Below, piece by piece: positions 49,668-59,073 of a stretch of 64,000 bases of DNA (position 1 is the stretch's first letter; every line of letters begins with the position of its first letter). Source of the stretch: a virus; the IMG/VR virus record IMGVR_UViG_3300042505_000794, positions 1 through 64,000 of that record; one strand, given 5' to 3'. The position numbers and the translations under genes were made by a program. The notes below the pieces were generated by a model that worked only from the letters and a program-made list of their open reading frames with translations, was not told the origin of the DNA and ran no database searches.

Positions 49668-50399
49668 CTATACTAATGTTTCCATTACATTAATTTCTGT
49701 CATTTGTAATTCACTATCTGGGATTTCTGATATCAATGATACGTCTGACACTTTTGCCACACGTATTTTAATATCTTTAATACGGTCATCTCTTATTTGT
49801 GATGGTGCTACCAAGTATATTATTAGTTCGAATGTTAATGTATCTACTATAATTCTACGGTCCGTACCCAATGGCATGTTTTCACCGCTTGTAATGCCCG
49901 TCAAATCAACTTTTGTTATTTTACTACCGTCAAACTTAGAATCACTCGTTTGAATTTGTATACTTGGATTAAATAATACTAATATCTGTTCTAATATTTG
50001 CCAACGTGTGTCTGTATTGTTTGAAAAAATATGCAGCTCCATTGACATAGTAAACGGTACCGCTGTTATTTGACTGACTGTAACCGTATCATGTGGAAAT
50101 ACACCACCTAACGGCGTGAATGCTGTCGTTTTTTCAGTATCTATACCTTTAAATCTGTCTTGCGCTAATGCCATTCCTGTCATAACAGCTGACATGATAG
50201 GTAACCGTAATGGTACGTTTTGTGTATTGTTCGTCATTATTGCTGCTACAGATCTATCCATTGACCCATACATGATTGGCACTTCAATTGTCTCAATTTC
50301 ACCAGATTTGTTTATTCCTGTTTTTACCTCTGTTCCTCGAAATATCTCCATAAATTGGACAACATGTTTTTTTATTTGTTGTTGACAGAAATAAGCCAT
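49668..50399 (-). CDS. Tail sheath stabilizer/terminator, T4 gp15-like
   Basis: VPIMYG...RLPIMS...QILEQILVLFNP; TATAAATA at 50426-50433 (minus). Confidence 0.85.
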   Translation of the reverse strand: MAYFCQQQIKKHVVQFMEIFRGTEVKTGINKSGEIETIEVPIMYGSMDRSVAAIMTNNTQNVPLRLPIMSAVMTGMALAQDRFKGIDTEKTTAFTPLGGVFPHDTVTVSQITAVPFTMSMELHIFSNNTDTRWQILEQILVLFNPSIQIQTSDSKFDGSKITKVDLTGITSGENMPLGTDRRIIVDTLTFELIIYLVAPSQIRDDRIKDIKIRVAKVSDVSLISEIPDSELQMTEINVMETLV

Positions 50400-50450
50400 G
50401 TATCACCTCGTTATTCTAATTTGTTTATTTATAATATAAAAACCTATGTA

Positions 50451-50546
50451 TATTCCTTTGTTCCCTTTGGGAGATCATTGGACCATTATTTTTTAATATC
50501 TAGGTATATTAAAACTGGGTCATTTGTTCTCCTCAATTCTCCAATG
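50451..50546 (-). repeat. Dispersed non-coding element, copy 2
   Basis: Reverse-complement homolog of 7257-7354. Confidence 0.6.
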
Positions 50547-50571
50547 TTCTACAGCTATACATATAAACGGT

Positions 50572-50598
50572 AGGAAAGAGCTGTTAAGCTCTTCCCTT
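50572..50598 (-). terminator. Probable terminator after the sheath gene
   Basis: GGGAAGAGC-TTAACA-GCTCTTTCC on the minus strand. Confidence 0.55.
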
Positions 50599-50621
50599 GT
50601 TGTAGATAGTTTTTAAAACTA

Positions 50622-53600
50622 TTACATTGTCATTGGATCACCAGTTTTAACTAAAGAGATTGGAACATAAATGAACTCAATCGTTTTAGTTGGTTTCAAT
50701 GCAATCTCAACGTACAACTCATTACGGTCAATGCTATCTGGTAAGTTATTTGTTTCATCACACAAAATAGCAAAATCGTATAAGCCGTTATTAACACGAA
50801 TATTGTTCAAGTACCCTGAGATAACTGAAACGATATTTTTGCGAACTGTATCAGTGTTTGCTTCCATCAAATATTGCATCATCATTTTTCTGATGCCTCT
50901 ACGGATATGCATAACCATACGAGCAACGTTGATACGATCTAATGATGAATTAAACGCAACATTTACGCGAGTTTTTTGTCCCCATACCGCAATCCCGTGT
51001 TGTTCAGAATCATGAATTGGGTTAATGTTGCACAAATTGTATAAACTGTCACGCATACCATCATTTAAACGTACACGATGGAACACTGCTTGTGATGTAC
51101 CTAATGTAGCCGCATCAACGTAACCTACTTGTGTTACACCTACTAAGCTTGAAATGATACCTCTATTAGGACCACCAGGAGCTGTCCAAACATGACCAAC
51201 ATTATCGTTATATGTAAATGCCGCTAACGCTAAGCCAGATGAAGCACACATTACATCATATCCATCTAAGTTAGATACAACACCATGCGGATAGTAATAA
51301 GCAATCATACCACGGTTATCAGATCTGATATTTGCAGCTGTCGATACAATTGTATTTTCATCAACTGAACGTCCCCATTGAATCACTTCACGAGGTGACA
51401 TCCAATATGGTGTATCAGCAATTACAAATGCTTCTTGTTTAACGCGATCTGCTAACTCTAACATCTCATCTGCTAACTCAGGGTAACCTGGGCATAAGAT
51501 AAGGTTAAATTCATATGCTTCAGATGTAATATCACTGACATCATCAAAATCACTTGAGATGTTGTAGTTTAATGTAGTGTTCGCTTTAATAATCTGACTT
51601 AATTTTAAAACAATACCTTGTCTACGTACCGCATCAGATGTTGTGTAAACAGATGATTTACCTTTTGGATGTGTATTGTTATACCAGCTATAAGTTTTAA
51701 CAAACTCTTCACAACCAGCACGAACAAGATTTTTAAATGCTGTTAAATCAATACCACTAAACGGATTAACTAATGTTTTTGCAATTTTTGGTTTGTTTAC
51801 AACATTAATTGTTAAGCGTGTATTAGCTGTATCTAATTCTAATGTATCTGTACCATTATCATCGTGTAAAAATTCAACAGCTGGGTTAGCAGTACTATTA
51901 GTAACTGTAATCGTAGCAGAAGTGGTTGCACCTGTGACTTCAAACACTAATGTTGATTCTAATGTACAAACCGGTGACGCTTGATTAGCATCATAGACAA
52001 ATGTACCGTAGCTGAAACCTGTGCTTTGTACTGCTTCTACTGAAGTTTTACCAACGTAGCTTAGTTTTGCATGTAAGCGATAGAATGTATCCCCAGAAAC
52101 TGTATCAATAAATTCATCTGCTGATAAAACTTCACCTGTAACCAAATTAGCATTATTTCCAGTAGCTGTTAAATCTAAGGTTACAGCTGTACCAGTTGAA
52201 CCAATTGCAGTAACATTTAGATCTGTTTCTAATGCAGTAGTGATTGGTAACGTAATATCTTTGCTCAACACTGGTGTGAAGGTATGTAAAAATTCTTCAC
52301 CTGCTGATAATGTATACTTACTAGCTGTTACGCTTGCACCAATTGTAACTGTTGAATTGAAAACAATAGCACTTACTGTTTCAACAGAACTAGCTATACT
52401 AGCGGTTGCTGGCGTATACAGAATATTACCTGTAGCTGTACCAACTACTGTACCAGGTAGTTTTGGACCTGTCGCTGGTGTCGTAATAGTGTTTCCAGAT
52501 AATACAAAATTTGTTTTACATGTGTAATTTACAATTTGTTTAGTTACTGGATCCATATTAGGTGTAATCGAATCAATAACACCACTAATTACCAAATTAT
52601 CACTACCTTGTGTGGCAATCGTTGTCAATGCAGGTAATGTTGAGAAATTAACATTTGCTTGAGCAGCATTGTATTTTAAAATTGTACCACCAATTAACGA
52701 TGTTTCGTCAATAAGAGCTTGATGTAATTTACCAACTATTCCGCGGAATAGTAAGCTATTATCAGTCTCACGTTGTAATGGATTCAACACTGACGCTGAT
52801 GTTGGTATAGCACCTTGTATTTTTCTTGCTCCGCTCGATACTAACAGGTTATATAATGTATCTTTTCCTGTAGTAACTGGATCTGTATTTTCTGCGTACG
52901 CTTCATACGCATAAACTTCATGACTACCGCCATTAACATCGTACTCAATAACAGCGTTTTCAACATCAACAAAGTTACCAGTAAGTACATCTGTAATGTT
53001 GTACATTTTTGAGTTTGGATATTGATTTCCAAATGTACTGGTAACAGATGCTAGGTCTGTAGCCGCAGCACGTATAATCTCTGCTAATTTACCATTTTCA
53101 CTGTGTACACGAACAACATTAGCGTAATACTCAGTCATTGCTTGCGCTGCTAATACTGGTGACATACCAGTTAAGTCTGGTTTTGCTACAAATCCACCTA
53201 AATTAGTAACAACTGTTGGGTCAATATCATCGACACTTGCAAGGTATGTTGAAAACATTGCAGATGCTGAGTTAACAATTTTGTCAATCGCTAATGACCA
53301 TTTATCTTGTAAATTTTCAATACTGTCATCTAAATCAATGTCAGCACGGATTACGTAAGCTCTGTTACCTAATTTCAAGAATTGGTTTAATGCAAGCAAA
53401 CCGTATTCATTACGAGCATCACCGTGTTGCGGTTGATCATACACGTCACGATAAAATACCGGAATGCCGTACATTTCGATACTTTCGCGCAATGATGTGA
53501 TTAATCTAGGCATACCTGCTTCGATCGTACCTTTTGCAACAGTATTTGAATTGGGTAGTAATTTGCCGTATTTCGTGGCAATGAAAAATAATGGTACGGT

Positions 53601-53672
53601 TGTTGCTGCTGCTGGCAAATACATCGATTTGTCAGTAACGGTAACTTGTACACCTGGGCTAAGTAATGCCAT
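50622..53672 (-). CDS. Tail sheath protein, T4 gp18-like (1016 aa, large central insertion)
   Basis: LSPGVQVTVTDKS; WTAPGGPNRG; WGQKT; LDRINVARM; CDETNN; KPTKTIEFIY. Confidence 0.95.
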   Translation of the reverse strand: MALLSPGVQVTVTDKSMYLPAAATTVPLFFIATKYGKLLPNSNTVAKGTIEAGMPRLITSLRESIEMYGIPVFYRDVYDQPQHGDARNEYGLLALNQFLKLGNRAYVIRADIDLDDSIENLQDKWSLAIDKIVNSASAMFSTYLASVDDIDPTVVTNLGGFVAKPDLTGMSPVLAAQAMTEYYANVVRVHSENGKLAEIIRAAATDLASVTSTFGNQYPNSKMYNITDVLTGNFVDVENAVIEYDVNGGSHEVYAYEAYAENTDPVTTGKDTLYNLLVSSGARKIQGAIPTSASVLNPLQRETDNSLLFRGIVGKLHQALIDETSLIGGTILKYNAAQANVNFSTLPALTTIATQGSDNLVISGVIDSITPNMDPVTKQIVNYTCKTNFVLSGNTITTPATGPKLPGTVVGTATGNILYTPATASIASSVETVSAIVFNSTVTIGASVTASKYTLSAGEEFLHTFTPVLSKDITLPITTALETDLNVTAIGSTGTAVTLDLTATGNNANLVTGEVLSADEFIDTVSGDTFYRLHAKLSYVGKTSVEAVQSTGFSYGTFVYDANQASPVCTLESTLVFEVTGATTSATITVTNSTANPAVEFLHDDNGTDTLELDTANTRLTINVVNKPKIAKTLVNPFSGIDLTAFKNLVRAGCEEFVKTYSWYNNTHPKGKSSVYTTSDAVRRQGIVLKLSQIIKANTTLNYNISSDFDDVSDITSEAYEFNLILCPGYPELADEMLELADRVKQEAFVIADTPYWMSPREVIQWGRSVDENTIVSTAANIRSDNRGMIAYYYPHGVVSNLDGYDVMCASSGLALAAFTYNDNVGHVWTAPGGPNRGIISSLVGVTQVGYVDAATLGTSQAVFHRVRLNDGMRDSLYNLCNINPIHDSEQHGIAVWGQKTRVNVAFNSSLDRINVARMVMHIRRGIRKMMMQYLMEANTDTVRKNIVSVISGYLNNIRVNNGLYDFAILCDETNNLPDSIDRNELYVEIALKPTKTIEFIYVPISLVKTGDPMTM

Positions 53673-53712
53673 ATGTAAACTCCTAATTCGTTATCATTTC
53701 TGTAAGTTATAG

Positions 53713-53736
53713 TATTTATGTAAATACCCATAAATA
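53713..53736. promoter_or_regulatory. Divergent late promoters for sheath and tube genes
   Basis: TATTTA at 53713 (minus); TAAATA at 53721 and 53731 (plus). Confidence 0.65.
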
Positions 53737-53773
53737 CACAATATCAAAATATAATTAGGAGAGTCTTAATAAA

Positions 53774-54421
53774 ATGGCTACTATTCATGACATGGGTATT
53801 GATGCCCTTAATACAGGCATCTACCACCCTAAACACAAAAATAGATGGAAAGCAACGTTTACAGGTTTAGGTGGATCTCGGATGTTGCCTAATCCTGCTG
53901 CTGCGATCAGTTCTGCAGGTATTTCTAACGCTGTAACAATGCAAGTGGTAAAAATGTCTCGCCCAAGTTTATCATGGGAAGAAACATCTTTGCACAGATA
54001 CAACTCAATCGCATATGTTGCTAATAAACACTCTTGGGAACCAATCAGTATTACGCTTGAAGATGATGTTAATAGTAGAGCGTCATTAGCATTGCAAAAT
54101 CAAGCTGAGAAACAACAATTATTGTTAGGCGGAGCGGGTGGTGTTGCAATCGGTGGAGCACTTCAAGGTAGTCCCAACTTCTTACAACCAGCTGCTGTAG
54201 CTAGTGAATATAAATTTGCTTGCGAATTAGCTATGTTGGACGGTGGTAACCAAATCTTAGAAACATGGGTTTTACAAGGATGCTGGTTTAAATCAATTAA
54301 CTACGGTGATGTTGATTATAGTGCTGGTGATCAAGTTACTATTGATGTTTCGTTAAGATATGACCATGCTTATCAAATCATTGAAGGTACTGATTACGGT
54401 ACTGCTATCGGTGGTTACTAA
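53774..54421 (+). CDS. Tail tube protein, T4 gp19-like
   Basis: PKHKNRW, SRPSLS, WEPISITLEDD, ETWVLQGCW, LRYDHA. Confidence 0.85.
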   Translation: MATIHDMGIDALNTGIYHPKHKNRWKATFTGLGGSRMLPNPAAAISSAGISNAVTMQVVKMSRPSLSWEETSLHRYNSIAYVANKHSWEPISITLEDDVNSRASLALQNQAEKQQLLLGGAGGVAIGGALQGSPNFLQPAAVASEYKFACELAMLDGGNQILETWVLQGCWFKSINYGDVDYSAGDQVTIDVSLRYDHAYQIIEGTDYGTAIGGY

Positions 54422-54431
54422 TTAAGTAACT

Positions 54432-55925
54432 ATGAGCTCATATAACGCGCTCAATTCTGCAGATGCTGCAGATGTACAGTCATTCATCAGTGGTGTTATT
54501 AAACACACCGCTGATGGCAACTACGTTCTAGATTCCGCAATTAACCCAATAACAGCAACTACCCTAGCTTCAGATAGTAGTATGTTGTTACTGAGAATGG
54601 GGTTAGATGAAACACCTGAAAATGTTAGTGCGGCAACCACTATCGCTAGAAATATTGCAGATGGTACTCTTCGAGGTGAAGAGCTATCAAACTTCAATGA
54701 CTACGATGCAAATACATCTACCAGTTTTGTTTTATCACCTTTTGGTAATATCGCAAACGCTGTTAATACATTGTATGATTCACAAGCATCACAAATACTA
54801 GAACCATCTCAAAAATCTGTATACAACGCTACCTCAGGTATCAGTACACCTAGTACAACTGCTGAATCGTTAGCTAAAACATCTCAAACAAATGGGAAGC
54901 AAGCTACAACAAACCCTGCACAAAAAAATATCAGTACTATTACAAGTCCTGATTATTATGCTAAACCGTTGATCGACTTTCAACCGAAATTTAGATATAC
55001 GTTTATTGCGCAAATAAATTTATATGGTGAATATCAGCGTGATATTCCAACCAGTTGTGCATTTCTAATTAAAAAATTCGATAAACCAAAAACGACTATT
55101 GAGTACGAAGAAGTTAATTTTTATAACTTTTTTTCGCAAGTTCCAAAAAGAACAAAATTTAGTCCTATTACGTTAAATCTACATGATGATATTAAAAATG
55201 AATCAATGAATTTCATTGTATCGTATTTGCGACGTATATGTCCTATCTTCAATCAAGAACAATCGATGAATTTCGAAGAACATGGGATGGAGTTTCAAAA
55301 TGCAAATAGCTCGTATGGTTTGCATACCACCACTAGTGCACTGAATATAATACAATCAATTAAGATATTTGATATCTATAATGGTAGTCGCACCATGGAC
55401 GTGTATACTTTTAATAATCCAAAAATTACTGAAATCTCATTAGATGATTGGAATATGGAGAGTATGGACCCAACAGAAGTTACTTTAGATATTGTATACG
55501 ATAATTGGTACGTTAATGTCGGTGTAGCTCCTAGTATACCTCAAAATGTTTTAGGTGTTTCTGAATTGCTTGCTGGTCCAGCAGCAGAACTTACAGCACC
55601 TGGTGCAAAATATGATAGTAAATATACTAACTTGTTGGTAACTGATGAGCAAGGTAGAGGATTAGATAATATCGATCAGCTTGATATTCAGGACGGTCAA
55701 GTTGGTGATAATGTATTATCACCTGAACAACTTAATACAGTATCAAATGAACCGTTTAATCTACAGAAAGAGATTGCAAACCTTAACGTACAGAAAAACG
55801 ACCCCATAACTGCACCTGCAGCAAATACATTCAACGATTCATTTAAATCTTTACCACCTGCTAATGAACAGGTACCAGGTCTTAATAATGACCAGTTAAT
55901 GAATGCGTTAGCACCTATCTTCTAA
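54432..55925 (+). CDS. Tube-fold baseplate/tube initiator protein (gp48/gp54-like)
   Basis: Central PKFRYTF...KPK...FSPITLNLHDD...NPKIT...IVYD region paralogous to the tube protein. Confidence 0.6.
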   Translation: MSSYNALNSADAADVQSFISGVIKHTADGNYVLDSAINPITATTLASDSSMLLLRMGLDETPENVSAATTIARNIADGTLRGEELSNFNDYDANTSTSFVLSPFGNIANAVNTLYDSQASQILEPSQKSVYNATSGISTPSTTAESLAKTSQTNGKQATTNPAQKNISTITSPDYYAKPLIDFQPKFRYTFIAQINLYGEYQRDIPTSCAFLIKKFDKPKTTIEYEEVNFYNFFSQVPKRTKFSPITLNLHDDIKNESMNFIVSYLRRICPIFNQEQSMNFEEHGMEFQNANSSYGLHTTTSALNIIQSIKIFDIYNGSRTMDVYTFNNPKITEISLDDWNMESMDPTEVTLDIVYDNWYVNVGVAPSIPQNVLGVSELLAGPAAELTAPGAKYDSKYTNLLVTDEQGRGLDNIDQLDIQDGQVGDNVLSPEQLNTVSNEPFNLQKEIANLNVQKNDPITAPAANTFNDSFKSLPPANEQVPGLNNDQLMNALAPIF

Positions 55926-55927
55926 TT

Positions 55928-56407
55928 ATGGCTGGGTTTACACAAGGCTATTATAATCCAAAGTTTCCTGAGAAATATGTCGGTAATAATATTTCTAAAA
56001 TAAGATATATGTCATCTTGGGAGCTATCTATGCATAGCTTCTTTGATAACAATGTCAATATATTAAAATGGAGTTCTGAAGGTTTAGCTATACCTTATAT
56101 TAAACCAACAGATGGAAGATTACACAAATATTACCCAGATTACTATATCGAATATATGGATAAAACAGGTAATTTACGTCGTGAAATTATTGAAGTTAAA
56201 CCTGATAAACAAACAAAAACATCTCGAGCACGCACTGCTAAAAGTAAATTGTATGAAGATATACAATATTCAATTAATATTGCTAAATGGCAAGCATGTC
56301 AACAATTTTGTGACGCTCATGGCATAGTCTTTAAGATAATTACTGAAAAAACTATGTGGGGTGATAAAAAGTCTAATAAAAAAGCGAAGTTACAACGAAA
56401 GTCTTAA
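55928..56407 (+). CDS. Head completion nuclease, T4 gp4-like
   Basis: PEKYVG, YMSSWE, WSSE, YYPDY, IEVKP, AKWQA. Confidence 0.9.
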   Translation: MAGFTQGYYNPKFPEKYVGNNISKIRYMSSWELSMHSFFDNNVNILKWSSEGLAIPYIKPTDGRLHKYYPDYYIEYMDKTGNLRREIIEVKPDKQTKTSRARTAKSKLYEDIQYSINIAKWQACQQFCDAHGIVFKIITEKTMWGDKKSNKKAKLQRKS

Positions 56408-56552
56408 AACGTTAGAGATTATAGTATGATAGTTTAATTTTTATTAATTATCTTCTATAGTTATACAGTATAACATCATTATTACCAATAGTTTACCTTT
56501 TATATTACGCGTATAAATATTTCCGTTAATATCCACTACCATAAGGATACAA

Positions 56553-56978
56553 ATGGATAAAGATTATATAGAACATCCTTTTGAACAGATGTTCGAGATT
56601 GAACCAGGTACCACCATATTACATAAACCGGATTATGATGACAACGGTATGGTTTTATACGATCAGTACGATGAAAAAGAGCAAGAGATTGAAGCTCAAT
56701 ATCAAACAATCTATACAGCTGCATTCGCAGCATTTACAGATCAAGTAATGTCTACACAACGAGGTGAGAACCCCGGAATGTACGGTAAGAACTTAGAAGC
56801 AGCTGCTAAATTTTTATCAACAGCTTTAGATGCAGTTAAAGAAAAAGCTGAACTTAAACATAAAAAAGATAAAACAATTACTAAAACTGTTACAGCTACT
56901 AATGTTACAAATAATAATTTAATTATGGATCGTGAAGATCTTATTAAAATGTTACAAGGTAAAGCACTAGATGGCTAA
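56553..56978 (+). CDS. Terminase small subunit, gp16-like
   Basis: Directly upstream of TerL; C-terminal NVTNNNLIMDREDLIKML; TATAAATA at 56512. Confidence 0.65.
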   Translation: MDKDYIEHPFEQMFEIEPGTTILHKPDYDDNGMVLYDQYDEKEQEIEAQYQTIYTAAFAAFTDQVMSTQRGENPGMYGKNLEAAAKFLSTALDAVKEKAELKHKKDKTITKTVTATNVTNNNLIMDREDLIKMLQGKALDG

Positions 56979-57570
56979 AAATACAAGATTAAAAATGCCG
57001 GGTCCTCCGGAAGAGTTTACACCTGACCAAGCATTAGAGTATTTGAAATGTTTGCAGGATCCAGTATACTTTATTGAAACTTATTGTAAGATTACTCACC
57101 CTACTAGAGGTATGGTAGGTTTCAAATTATATGATTTTCAACGTGAATTAGTAAATTCATTTCATCAAAATAGATCATCAATCGTATGTGCTAGTAGACA
57201 GGTAGGTAAATCTCAAACATCATGTGGTTTCTTATTATGGTATGCATGCTTTAATTCACATAAAGAAATCTTAATCATATCTAATAAAGCAAAAAGCGCT
57301 AAAGATATGGTAAAACGTATCGTGTTTATGTACGAGAATTTACCTAATTGGATTAAACCAGCTATCAATCCAAATAACTGGAATAAGTTAGAAATTGAGT
57401 TTGCTAATAAAAATCGAATTGTATCAGAATCAACAACAGATCAGAGTGGACGGGGTATGTCCGTATCCTTACTGTTCTGCTTAGGTGGCAATACAAAGGT
57501 AACAATACGCAATAAACAAACCGGTCAAATTGAACATGTAAGCATGGAAGAATTGTATGATAGAATGTAA
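56971..57570 (+). CDS. Terminase large subunit N-fragment fused to split-intein N-part
   Basis: KCLQDPVYFIETY, LYDFQ (Q motif), SRQVGKS (Walker A), GRGMSVSLLF, then intein start CLGGNTKV. Confidence 0.92.
   Translation: MAKNTRLKMPGPPEEFTPDQALEYLKCLQDPVYFIETYCKITHPTRGMVGFKLYDFQRELVNSFHQNRSSIVCASRQVGKSQTSCGFLLWYACFNSHKEILIISNKAKSAKDMVKRIVFMYENLPNWIKPAINPNNWNKLEIEFANKNRIVSESTTDQSGRGMSVSLLFCLGGNTKVTIRNKQTGQIEHVSMEELYDRM
57478..57567 (+). mobile_element. Split intein N-fragment (30 aa)
   Basis: CLGGNTKVTIRNKQTGQIEHVSMEELYDRM*: block A only. Confidence 0.88.
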
Positions 57571-58747
57571 TCGTATTAGTTATGCACCGGGTACATCATA
57601 CCCAGATATATTTTTAGATAACAAGTATGCAAAAGTATATTTCAAATTAGTACATTATCGATTGTTAACTCCAGCTACCGATGGTCATATTGAAAAACAT
57701 CATATTATTCCAAAATCGTTAAATGGTGCAAATTGTGGGCTAAATATTGTGTCTTTATCTATACGTGAGCATTTATTTTGTCATAAAATACTACTAAAAA
57801 TGATGACTTCTAAAAAAGGATATCATAAAATGTGTAGAGCAGCTTTGTTCATGTATGGAAAGTTTAAATGTTCTACTAATACAAAATTTACTGCAGTGTT
57901 AATAGCATCATTAAAATGCACTGCTCGTGAAATGTTAATTGAACGTAACCAAACGACTAACCGTGACCCTGAAAAAATTCGTAAAACCGCTGAATTTCAC
58001 CGAGGTAGGAAAAGACTTGAATCAACAAGAGCTAAAATATCAGATAAACTTAAACGCTCTATTGAGAAACGTGGTCATGGTTATTCTAAAAACTCTAAAT
58101 CGTATTACAATCCGTTAAATCCAAATGAAACAAAACTTTGTTTTACAGATGATGATATACCTAAAGGTTGGGTTCTAGGAAACCCTAAAATAAAAGGGCT
58201 TGTTAGTTATTTTGACCCTGCTACAAATGTAACAAAAAGATTTGTAGCGGGTTCACAACCTAATACTTGGGTTAAGGGAAGTCCCGCTACTAGAAATAAA
58301 TCTCATTACTTTAACGTTCATACCGGTAAAAGAGCACGGTTCCAACCAGGTACAGAACCAGAAGGTTGGTCAAAGGTATTACCAAAACCAAAAATTGAAA
58401 AACAATCAAGACGTAAAATAACATATTTTAACCCACTCAATTTTAAAGATACCTTAGTGTGTTTAGAAGGTTTAGGACCTGAAGGTTGGATCTCATATAA
58501 AGAGAAAAACCTTAAACAACTTGATACGTATTACGACCCGAATGATTATTCTCGTAACGGCGTGTATTCTCCTTATACAGCTCCAGATGGTTGGGTAATA
58601 ATTAAATCAAATAAAGGTTCAAAAAAATATATTAACACGGTAACCGGTGAATCAAAAAGATTTGGTATACATGATGCAGTTCCTGCTAATTGGAAGATGT
58701 GGTCATGGGCTGCCAATTCTGATAAAAGTAAATGGAAGGCAGCATGA
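57557..58747 (+). mobile_element. Free-standing HNH homing endonuclease gene
   Basis: EKHHIIPKSLNG.N...NIVSLSIREHLFCHKIL; NUMOD3-like HRGRKRLESTRAKIS; six Y(F/Y)(N/D)P...P.GW repeats; in a different frame, overlapping both TerL fragments. Confidence 0.88.
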
Positions 58748-59073
58748 ACGTTAAACAAAATACAGAATGGGAAATTTTAACTCCGGACGGGTTTAAAGAT
58801 TTTAATGGTATATCTAAAACATATAAAAAACTTCAAAAAATCTATATTCAAGGTCATGATCCTATTTGGGCCTCTAAAAAACATTATTTCTATGTAGGTG
58901 GGCGTAAAACTAGAGTATCAGATCTTAAGAAATCAGGTTATATTGATTCAGTAGAAGGACCTAAACGGTATCGAAAAACAACCGTTTTTGAAAAACAGCA
59001 TGCGTACGACATTATTGAAGTTAAACAAGAGAATCATCAATATCTTGTAAATGGTTGTTTTACAACAAAAAAT
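58744..59073 (+). mobile_element. Split intein C-fragment (110 aa)
   Basis: EILTPDGFKDFNGI, SKKH (block B), AYDIIEV..ENHQYLVNG (block F), TTKN/C (block G). Confidence 0.88.

Noticed and set aside
57568-58743. Group I intron or ribosomal bypass joining the two terL ORFs (they are in the same frame)
   Set aside because: The HNH ORF overlaps both fragments, leaving no room for a ribozyme core. The C-fragment has its own RBS and ATG, and the intein halves explain the join. A shared frame has a 1-in-3 chance.
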